Shown in pieces: positions 48,685 to 60,600 of a stretch of 64,000 nucleotides of DNA. How positions within the stretch are numbered: the stretch's first letter is position 1; each line of letters opens with the position of its first letter. Source of the stretch: Giardia intestinalis. Lineage: Eukaryota. The stretch is taken from NCBI GenBank assembly GCA_000002435.2, contig CM018793.1; one strand, written 5' to 3'. The notes beneath the pieces are model-generated. The model did not search any database and was not told the DNA's origin. It was given only the letters and a program-made list of their open reading frames with translations. The translations under genes were made by a program, and so were the position numbers.

Positions 48685-51600
48685 TCAACCACCAGATCGC
48701 TTCCTGCCTGTGTATCTCCGCATCCCAATTCCGCTTCCGGGTCTAGCTATCCCGCCAATCGTTATCCATGTGCTTCCGTCCTCGGGTTTGAATCTCCGCT
48801 GTCCGAGAGCCTCTATGTGCGCTAGCTCGCTTTCCGTGAGGTTCTCATTCAGGCTCTGCTCAATACTATTGGTGTTGCTAATGAGATTCTTGACATGGCT
48901 CTGTGACAAATATCTGGATTGAGAAGTCGTACCTGATGTAGCCATCGCTCCTCTTTTCCAAGGGTTTTTACTACCGACGTCTTTTTTATGATCAGCTTCA
49001 AATGAGCTGGAAGGGCGAAGAAGGGTATTTGGAGTGTGATCCACACTACAGATAGATTGTTCTGCAGAGCTATTGACAGAACCCCTGGAAATGAGTTTGA
49101 TTTGTCTTTGTGCACCGGCAAGCACTTCAGGCAAAATGGGTTTCTGAACAGGGACGCCAGTAAGGATCATGGAAACCCCGTCTCTATTAGTAGACTTCTG
49201 GTACTCGCACTCAGCTACGCTCATAGACCCTGGCTTTTTAACGCTCTTCTTAGTGTTCGGTAGACGATTCCTGTCAAGGGAAGATTGGCATCTATGAACA
49301 GGCACCTCCTTGGCGTTATTTGTGTCGGTGTATCTTGCAAATAATTTATTAAGGCCTTCTGTGTCATCGTTGGAACTGAGACTTGTCTGGAGTGACGAAT
49401 TTAGTGAAAAGTAATTAGGTGTCATGTCTGCCACCATGCCTGCCTCTAAGGTCTTCTCCACGTGTCGAGGAAGCCGCACCCCGGCGCTTTTGATGGAGCT
49501 GAGCCTAGAACTCTGACTTGCAGTTCTCCTTTCTGTGGTGGAAATGTTTGAAAGATCCCTTGATATGGGAGTGTTGTCTGGTATGCACGACTGCTTTCGC
49601 TCTTTCCTTTTATGAATAGCGTCTATCTGCTCTGCAGCCTGATGGCCAGTAGGAAGTGGCCTTAGAGTAGGAGAGTCGTCATGTGAAGATGTGCCATCTG
49701 ATGACAAAGATGCATTCTTCGGTGCAATATTTTCTGTTGTGACAAGCTTCTGCAGAATACGACCTAGATCCTTATCTTGGCGGGGTGTCTTCATTCCTCG
49801 TGATCGCAAGCTGTCTATTGTGAGCCGGGCAGCCTTTTGCTTAACGTTCAATGACATGTTCAGCTGTACGATATTTAGCGAACCTTTCGTTCCTGAAGGT
49901 GGCTTGAGGTGACTTCCTGACATTGGTCTAGAGGAGGAACTTGTTATTTGGGCAGCACTTGGAGCGTGGGAATCGTCGCTAATGGTGACTCGGCGACCTT
50001 TCTTATTGAGCGTGCTAGAGGGCTCATGAATGGAAGATTGTTCCTCAGACAGATCATCTAGCTTTTCCTGAACATCAGGTACCTCGCACATTGAAAAGAA
50101 TGATTCGGATTGGGATATAAACTCCACAATGCTACCGTCAAATTCATCTAGGTCTCCCCTCTGTAATCTGTCCAGTCGCTGCTTAATGTCTCGAGACAGC
50201 ATGTCCAAATTGTTCATTTTAAGCGCGAGGGCTACCGTTTTGGTGGGAGAGAAAGCCAGAGGGCTCGGTGTACCATCTTTCACCATTGTTAGTTTTATAT
50301 CGCTAACAGGTAACGCTGTGTGTGGTCGAGACAGCTCCTTCGCCATTGATACAGCAGCGTTCTTAGCAAGGCTAGACCTGCTATCTGCCAAGTCAGCGTT
50401 ACTCTCTCGAGCCTCCAGGTTTTCGCGTGTCTTCCTTATCTCCTTTGCTTCCATCTCATCGGAATTAACTCCATACATATAATCATACGCTCCAACTTTC
50501 GACTTTCCACTGGTCAACGCTTCCATTGAGATTCGCTTAAATAAAGTGTCTGAACTTTTCATGATGAGCGGCAACTGAGAGAACACGGAATCGAGATCAT
50601 CCAGGACCATGTACTGAATGCTAGTAAGCATGTTATTCTTGTGCTGTGCTTCAAATAGTCGTGTAGAGAACTCAATCATTACAAGACGACTAAGAAACAA
50701 GTGCCTCATGCGATGCTGCATATCTAGCTCCCTTTCGCTCACGATGGTAGATGCAAATCTTTGTGAGCCAGAGCTATGCGATGTTCCTGTTGTAGGCCTT
50801 GTAGAGCGGTAGGACAGCAATAGTGTTTTATCACTCTTCTCGGATGCTTCGCTTTCTTTGGCTCTTTCTCTCGCCGTAATTGGCATTTCGCCGGTTCCAA
50901 ACGGTGCTGTATTTAGTGACGGCTCTAGACTGTATTTCTCAAAGGGTTCTTCATTAGCAATAGGGAAGTATCGCTGGAGAGCCTCCTTGAATGCTGCACC
51001 CTTGCGATAGCTAATGAGCAACAGGCCGCTTATATTATATATGGGCCCATGGAGACGCCAGTTCCGCATGACTTCCATCATGAGATAGCGTATACGCTCT
51101 AATTCAGCCTTATGCTCAACTTCCTTTTGATGTCTTCTAATTTGATACTCTCTAAATACAGCCGGATGCTTGGTGTAGTACTCACTATTCAACGTTAGAG
51201 CCTTTTCAATCAAAAGATCCAAATCGTAGTCATGCTGTTGTAACAAATTTTCAAATCGCTCGGAATAAAGCCTAACAGCTTGAATGTTCAGGACATGGTG
51301 CATGTTAAAGACGAGCCTGTTCCATAGGTCATAGCATGATGCCGTGTCATTACTGTATGCTCTAGTGTTCTCCATCAGCTGCGAAATCTGTGCATTTCTA
51401 ACTTCCAAACTCTTTACAGCTCTTTGACTCTGTAGCACCGCAGACACATCCATAACATGCTTATTTAGAGTTTTGGTGTGTAGAAGAAAAGATCTATAGT
51501 CTATATAGTCCACAGGAAGCATTATAAACTGTCTCAAGTGTGTTGCGCTGTATATGCCGATAGGGTTGCATTCCGCTTTTCTATTAACTAGGGAATATGT

Positions 51601-54600
51601 GTCTAACACACTTTCAGATCCATACAATACATGTGCAAAGCCAGACGTAGCTGTACACGGTGGAAGGTCACTTAGCGGCGTTGTTTGCTTAGTTATGATC
51701 GGCACAAACTCCTTTTCTACCATTGTCTTAAAATAAACAGCGGCCTCCCTGTGCCTAAAAATATGTGAAAGAGAGCACGCAAAGCTCTCCGATGCTTGTA
51801 AAATAATGATCTCCATAAGATAGGTGGGTAACTGTCTGCTGTGACAAAGTGATTGTGAGCGAGCAAATGTATTTATCCACGTTTTTATACCAGATAGTTG
51901 GTTCTCAGGACGAGCTGAAGCCGCTCTTCTGTGATTGATTTGGCCGGGTCTAGAATTTTCCGTGGTCGGAGTGATTGAGGTGTGACCTGCTAAAGCGTGA
52001 GTGCCTCTGGTTATTACTATTTCTTTTGTCAGCTCTCGTGCACCACAGCTTTGGCCCCCTCTGGATGGTGTGCTGACGAGTCTTTCTCTACCAAATGACT
52101 GGGATAGCATCCGCTGAATATCCACAGTAAATACATGAGTAGTCAGACGCATAGAACTGAGGCCAATATCTTCTCCTATCTCCCTGTTTTCTGAAAGGCA
52201 ACCCTTTCCAATACTTGACTCCAGCAAGCTTTTGTATGTACTCTTCTCTGAATAGGAAGCCAAAGTGATGGCTGGTCGACTCTCTAGTACGTTTCGCTGA
52301 TCACAAATATGACTGACCTCTGTATCTGCGAGCGCAGCTTTATTCACGGGTTTCTGCGTCTCAGATATACTCCCCCCTGTTTTCCTTGGTGCTATGCGCC
52401 TGCCGAAGATATCGTACATATTCATGATTCTATTCCGTTTGCGACGACCAACTCTGCTCAAATCTGGAAGCGTGTCCGGACAGATTTCATATAATTGTTC
52501 TTCTTGTGCTCGCAGTCTGTTATATTTATATCTATCATATCTGCAAGTTAAGAGGCCTTTCAGAAAGATTTCTGGATCGTCGCTAGTATCTTCCTTAGTA
52601 CTTAGCGTAAAGAGCATAATATTCTTAGTCCTCTCTGCAATCGTCACGTATGCAGATGTCGCTGATGTCAAGACGTTTGCTGCATCGGAGTACGCCAGAT
52701 CCCATGACTTGGCTAGCCCCCAGTACTGGGCATTAAGAGTATTGAGAAAGGACGCCTCAATTGGTCCACTGAGACAATCAACAGATAAGAACCGAAGTCC
52801 ACTAGGAAATATAGCACTCGCAAGTCGTGCGGAAGAAAACGTTAGACTATGCAAATGGTCTATGTACCTTTGCTTGTCATATAGCTTTGAAGAGAGCTCA
52901 TGAATGGAAGACTCTGAGAAATCTACCCCCTTGTCGTGCTCCATTGCACGTTTGTCTTCCCTAGAATTGTAGATTTCACCTCTGGGTGCAACTGTGTGCA
53001 TAGCAAAGGTTCCCGACGAGATCTGAAAGTCTTTAGTTTGAGTGCCCCCAGAAGCTGATTGATGCAACAAAATTGAAGTTGAAAGGTTTTTCTTCTGTGG
53101 TAACAGATATTCTGGCCGGGGAGTAGAAACATATACATCCCTTCCTATCGCGTCGACGATCAGCTTTTTGTTGAAGCAAGACTCAATGTTTCGTACTACT
53201 TTTGAGGCTAGGATAAGGGATGTTTCAAATGCGAGACAACAATTCTCTGCGGTGCTTGTATGATTGTGCATGTAGACGCCACTGAAGACAAGTTCTTCGT
53301 CGGAAATAGACGTATCTAGAAAGTCCTTTAGACTTTTCATCCTTGGCTGTAAGAGATTGGATGTAGTTGGAACGGCAGAAGTTATAGGGCTGTACTGACG
53401 TATATTATATGCTCCAAGAGTGTAATAGCTTACGTCTGGATAGAACCTTACATAGTTGTTCTGTAAGACATTCTCTGTCGATTTTGATATCTTCGAACAT
53501 TGGAGTCTACTTCTAATTCTCCGGTGCACGATGCTTCGCGTCTCTGCAGACGGAATAACCGCTCCGTGAGAGTCATTCCACCGCCTTCCGAACAAGGTCA
53601 TGCTGGGAACAGGTCTGTGGACACAACAATTCTTGCTTAGGCTATACTTCCAGTGGCTAATACTGTAGTATATATTGCAGTCATCATACAGTGTGTCCTT
53701 AGTAAGAGAGTGAGACGAGTATCGCTCCAACTTACGCAGCTCTTCAAACGAACGTGCCCTTCGTGCTTTACTTTCTGACTGTTTGGGCTTGACGTGCCTA
53801 TTACTGATAATGCTATGTTGATCCTGGGTGGAACGTAGAGCTGTATCAAACGACTTCCCGGACGTAATAGTAAACGAATGGTGTAAATCGCTATGGTATG
53901 ACGGGCTTGATGAACGACTGGCCTGAAAGCTCATGGATTGGCTACGACTAGCATTGTGGCGCGAAGTAGGTCTTTGATGAATGGATTGGCGATCAATACA
54001 CGACCTCTGAGCGGATTTAGATCTTGGAGGTATTAGTAATACATTTTCTGTACTACGCAAAAGATTTTGGGTGTTCGTTATCTCACGATCATAATCTGCA
54101 ACGGAAACATCGACAAGCGGATGGTCTGTGTATAAAATCAGGCGTCTTCTTCCTTCTGGATACACCATGTCTGCAGTCGTTGTTATAGAGGCACGGTTGG
54201 ATACCGCAATAGCAGCGTGCATCGGTGTGCATCTCCTGTTAATAACATCTAGTGCATTCGTGGAATTGGAGAGTTTTGAGAAGACCCCGTGCAAAAAGCC
54301 CATAAAGCGTAGGCTGTCAAGCCGTTGTCTCAGGATAAACTCTGGATTCAGGCATGTATCTATATGGGCCTCCGAGGTCAGCTGAGGCATATTATAATAG
54401 AAGTACCTTTTGTGCTTTTTCAACCCTGATGCTTGCATCTCTACTTCCGTATATGTACCGAATGCCAGTATACCGTGGTATTCTGCGTGTAAAATCTTCT
54501 GCGTCAATGGGTATAAATAAGTGCTCAGTGAGGTCAGGTATTCAGACAGGACAATTAGTTGCTGGGATCTGAAGGCTGCTGCATCTCTTTTAAACGAGTC

Positions 54601-57600
54601 TGTCTTTGCAGTAATGTATCTTTGATATATCTGGGTCAGTTGAACACCAAACGGTTCCTGCGGCTTGGTCTTCTTATTGGAGAGGACAGGGCATGATTGC
54701 ATAATTAATTCCCTAGTATCATGCAAACTTGTGGATGGAGATTGTGAAGGTACGTGTGAGATGGTCACAGATCCATTGCATATAGAGGAAAATGGTAGCA
54801 TAGGTGTGCTAAACGAACGCAGTTGTCCTGAAGTTAGGTCTAAGTCAGATAGTTCAATATTGCCGGGTGTTACACGATCGATATGTGGACCTGAGAAAAA
54901 CACATCCGCGGAAAGGGAAGGGTCAGTTTGAGTATGGTCATGTGACTGGAAATCCAAGAAGCACGTCTGCACTGCACAGCTATAGCCGTCACTCGTCCGA
55001 CGAAGAAAGTCACAACAGGAGCGAGACCTCCCAGGACGGGTGCTAAAGCCTTCTGTTGGTGTCAGGGTACCATAGCGATAACTTCTGTGAGATGGCTTCT
55101 TAGAGGAGGCACGGGGAGAGCGCATCTGCGTGATGACTGCTCCAACAAAAGTGTCGCTGTCATCTGACCATCGAGCTGGAGACGATGACCTAGAGTAGGA
55201 GAAGCTATTACTTTTTGAGGTCCGCCTAGTTGACGACGCTGATGACACGCTAGATGTGGGAGAAATGTGCGAGGAAGTGCGTGCTTTTCCAGCAGTAGCC
55301 GGGAGTGGAGTGTCTGCTTTGCTAGGTACTTTAAGCCCTAAGGCTGATAAAACGATGTCTGGACGCCTCAAATTATACGGTGATCGGTGTGACATAGAGA
55401 GAAGAAGGTCTCTGTCTCGAGAGCGGAGATTGATGAGCTCAGATGGATGGTGCAGACCTTTGACATGCTCCTGGATAGAAGAAAAGCACTCTGGGCGGGG
55501 GCTAGATGCCGCTGGACGTAGAGCTCCAGAGGATGGACGTGGGGGAAGGCCACTGTGGATGCTATCTTGGGCGAGGCCAGAGACAGCCGGAATAGAGGTC
55601 CCGTGTCCTCTACTCTTTTCGCTGACAGATCCGTTAAGGGAATCATGGGATTGAGAAGTAAGGATATCACTGGGAAAAGACACAGCAGATGAACTTCTAG
55701 AACGTATCAGGTTTTGATTTTCTTTGAGTTCTAAGGTATTGGCATCTTCTGCATCTGCAAGACCGACTTCAGGAGCGCTATCAAATGGAGTAATCGATTT
55801 TCTATCTACTAAAGAAGCATCTTTAGATTTAGAAGTCTGGGGCATTGAAGTCTGTTGGCTACTTCGTAACGTACTTGGTTCCTTATTAGACAATGGATGT
55901 ATCCGACAGGTAGAATCGTTGAGCTCCAATAGCTGTGTCTTTGCCACCATATCTGGCCTTGCTGGTACTACATGATCCCCAATAGTTCTTTTGGTGTTAT
56001 CGTGATTTTGCGTTGTCTGTGGTTTTAAGCTAGTGATGCTGTCTGCTAGCTCTGGCAGAAGATGAAAATCATTATGTTGCTGAGTAGGTAAGGTTGCTAG
56101 AGCTTTGGATGATCCAAAAGATGAAGTTAGAGATGGGTCAATTGGTTGTAACGATTTCACCCTTGCCGAAGTTGACAAGCTCATTGTGGAATTTGAAGCG
56201 TAGCTATACCTATCTTGTAACTCCTTTCCACTAGCGTTACGCCCTTGTATCAAAGAACTGTGCAGGTTGGATGGAAACGCAAGATTGACACGTAGCGCAT
56301 TCAGGTCAGCTCCGTCTTGCCTTGTATGTGCCGTGACTGTTTGGGAACCAGTTAAATTGTTCCTACGTAACCTGTTTCCCTTATTTGGTTGTCGCCTTAT
56401 AAGATTCTTTTCAGTCAAGTTTTCTGTAGAAGTTCCAATAAAGATGGATGGCACAATCAATTCTGGAATTTCCAGTGATTGATTGTCCTGAATCGTTTTC
56501 TTAGCTGCGAGGGTACGCCTTCTCATGGTGTGAAACTTCATGGGTGAAAGGACAACGGAATGCAGGAGGACTGAAGGCTTGTCACTATACCTTGTGACGT
56601 TCATGTTGATCAAATCTAACGTACTGACCTCTAACGGTTGGTCAGTGTCCCGGAGCTGCTCGCATATGCTCTTTCCAGTAGACCCCATTAGAGACACCCT
56701 GCTATCATAAACAACCCCTTCTGTAGAGCGTTGCATGGTTTGTAAGCTGATTGCTTGCTCCTGAACCTCTTCAAAGCGCTTCTGTGTTTGCATTAAATCC
56801 TGGATGCGTATTGCATGCTGCTCCATAAGCCCTCGTTTCTCATGCAGGAAAGAAAATAGCTGCTCTTTGAAGATGGAATCATTCTTAACAACTTGCGGCA
56901 GAAGAGGCTCCAGTGCTCTAATGTTATCGGGCTGAGATGCTGAATCAACCATACGTAACAGCAAACGGACTAAATCTTTACGCTTAACCTGGATTGCAGT
57001 GTTGGTGGTTTGGGAGTCAAACGTGTGCTGTGCTGGAAGTATGTCATAATCGGCTAATATAGTCTGAATCAGGGAAGCGTCTTCAAGAAGAGGATGTCTT
57101 AGCTTCGCTTTGGTCTTCTGGCCGCGAAGACCACTCACTTGTTTAGCAGTAGTAACTGGTGGTGCACTGTTCTGGTCAGTCTGAAATTCATACCGTGGTA
57201 GTAGTTCATTAAGAGACTCAACTGATTCCCTCGGAAGAAGGTGCTGGAACGAAGTACTCCTCCGTTTTTCTAAGCTCTCTTTCATCTGTTGTGAGTCTAA
57301 ACTGGGGTGTTGACCGCCGCCGTCACCCTGCCAAAAATGCTCTCCGCTGCTCGTTTCTTCATTATCTGCACATCCATATATGTCTGAATCTGCCCGGTAT
57401 ATTTTGGTCAGCCTGTCGGCATTCAAAGAGCGAATCTCTCCGTTAGCACCAACACCGACATCGAGATATGAAAAGACTTGTAATACATCCTTGAGGGAAT
57501 ACGGCGCAAAGCGGGTACGTGCTTGGGCGAGACTACGCATATACCTAGCGCTTTGAACTCCATCCCTTGCTACACGAGGTTGCATGAATTGGGCCTTGTC

Positions 57601-60600
57601 AACTGGTTTGATGTTCTCATTACTACTCCTTGTTTCTGTGTCATGGAGGTATCTGTAGCTAGGCGCTAATGCAGCAGACGAAACGTTTGCTGCGCCTATT
57701 TTCCATGTTAGTCTCTGAGGCTCCTTAAATTTCTTTTCTTTGACTGGCGAAATCTGATGACCCACGGATTGATTGGATAGAATGCCGTTGTTATTTAAAC
57801 TGACACTTATCTTTTCTGGAGAAAGACCCCTTCCCATTGCTGGCTCGCTGGATACATGTAGCATGTTAGGAAAAGCCCTATTTATCTCTGTAACAGCGGC
57901 GTTCCACATTTCGTCGCGGGCTTCGATCGCTTCTTTTTCGGTGGTCTGACGATACGCCGCCTGCCTCATTATAGTGAGCTTATACACTATGTTTCCAAGG
58001 GCTGATGACAGCTTCGCAAGAGAAGATAGGGGAAGCCCTCTGTCTAATAACACACCTTGGTGCATGGGAGTGCCAGCGCTGGGTCTGCGGTCTAAGGAAT
58101 TAGCCCCCCGATCCTCCAGGGCAGTTGGCGAAAAAGGCTTACTTTGAGCGTTATTACGCCGCACTTGTTGAATTAGTGCACCAGTTATACTCTCAGTATA
58201 ACGGGTAAGGAAGCGCTTCTCTTTCTCTCCATACATATGCACAGAAAGGGCGTCCAGAACGTGGGTTAATTGCTGGTTTAAATCAATGAGTGTAGGGCCG
58301 CTCCTTACATCACTCGTGTCAGGTCGGGACAATGGATAGAATTCAATCGCAGACAAGACGCTTGCATCATTAGGTACGCTAGTTAGTTTTCTAGAGGTTT
58401 CACTGGCAGACCACCTAGGCCTATGGATGACATCCGCTCTTTCCGATTGAGTTGTAGATATGAATGACCCGTCATCGGTGAGGAGGTTAGATCCGTGTCT
58501 TTCTCCTTCAAAAGGAGCCTGGGGAGCAAATAGAGGCGTTAGAACACTGCCAGCATCAGTGCATCTGGGCCCTTGTACAGATAACGGACGAGAAACCTTA
58601 TAAACTAAGCTTCCAACAGGCTCTACTGAATCGGTAAGATCCCTCTGTTGTAGCATGTTGAAATGGTGCTTGTGTGCATACTCAATGCGTGTTCTCATAT
58701 CATAGTACTTCGGAATGCCAGTGAAGACGGTTACACGAACTGTGTTCCTTGTCTGTGCTCTAGATTTTAGCCATGCATGATGGGTTTCACGTGGTAACAA
58801 CGTCTCCATAGAACTTATGCGCCGAGTAAAGCGGGAAGAAGGGAGAGAGGATGGCCGCATAGGCTTCTGGTGAACAGCCCGTGGCAGTGGTTGTAGAGCA
58901 GAGCTGGTGGATGCAGATAGTGCCTTATGCTCCTCCATTTGATCAGAGGATGCAATGGGATACAAAATATCGGGAGGGCGCAGTTTCGGCCTAAGAGTTT
59001 GTGGATCAGACTTGGATGCTTTCAATGTTTCCTTCCGAAAGTGACTACTAAATAACTGTGAGCTCTTTGGGGATGATCTAAAAATACGATGCTCATTATG
59101 AACCATGGCCGTGGATGAGTTGCTACGCTCGTTGTTATCGTCTGCAGAGGTAGATGAATCCATGCTACCATCGCGACTATTCGTTGGCCGTGATTCTCTA
59201 CGAAAGTCAGCCAAAATATTAGGTTGTGTAGTGCCTGACAGAGGAGCATTGCTCAGACCCCCTTGCTGAGCTGTACAAGCGCTAGTGTGCTTTTCTTCTA
59301 AGTGAGAAGTGTTACTTTCAGAGTATGCTACAACAGATATATCAGCGGGCAGACCTTCGGAAGGGCCTGCAAGTGTAGGAAAAGAGGCCTCCCTAGCAAC
59401 CGGGCTAGAGCCGCTCTTAGAAGGGTATATGAAATCTTTCGATTTGGAAGACGATACGTTAGATGTTCTTACTAGTGAAAGCGAGTGAGGAGCACTTGAC
59501 GGGGGTGCAGTCATAGTAGTCATGGCTCCAGTCGATAACGATAAGCTCTTTCTTAGTGAAGTAATGCCTGGTGTGGAAGAAGAAGTTTGCAGCGAATATA
59601 CTTGTAGGCTACTCAGCTCTTTTGCTGGCTGCAATGGGCAGCTAACCAGATCTTCCCTTTCCTGTCTCCGCAGTTCTGATGCCCCTAAAGAGGGCTCTTT
59701 ATCTGATTTATGGGCTTTGGGAATCCATCGAGTGGACATTGCGCTAGTCATGTTTCTTCCTGGATGCTTAAAATACATATCTGGCTTTAAGTCTGTGAGT
59801 TTGTGCGGCAAAATATTGTGGGAATCTAAGTAGCCTCTCCACTGTGATACGCCTTCTATTGTGCTCGGCTTTATCTGGTTGATATCTATCGCAGGAACAC
59901 CCAGCTGTTGATAGTAGAACCTAGCGTCGTCAAGGGTCTCTATTAAAATAGCGCGTTCGCTGTCTGTAAAAAGACCTGTCCGCGCCAAGAAGCTAAACAC
60001 ATTTTGCCTTCTATGAATATGCAGGAGCATCTTAATCTTATCATCTGTTTCATCTCGCCGGGGAAGCTTTAGAATATGAACCATTGCAGACGCCATAGAA
60101 GCATACTTTCTATTGCGTGACAGCAGCTTGGATATAGAATATAACTCTGACACACGCTCAACACGAGGCCAAGCTCTTTGATCAGACTCTAGAGAATCGT
60201 TCATTTGAGGAGTGCGATTACATGGTAAAGCAGCTGGTATGCTTGTGCTGTTTCCTTGAGAATGAGATTTGTGAGGCTTCAAAACTGGCAACTCAGAGCA
60301 CGACTCTTCAGTATGCTTATGCGTGCTGAGAATAAACGATACAATGCTATCAATCTTTCTCTCCTCGAGGTTAGTAGCATCTGAGGACGATGGAGGGGCT
60401 ACAATCTGCGGAGAATGCTGGTTAAGTGCACATCGATCAACACGATCAGCTGCTTCAGGGAGTGACATGGCACAACTGATTACATTAGAGATAGATTGTT
60501 CAATATTTTTAGTTGCAGCATAACCAGATAGTTGTGGCTCTGGATCATTTAGTAGATGATTGTTTTTTTCATGGCCAACACTACTAGTGGGAGATTGTCC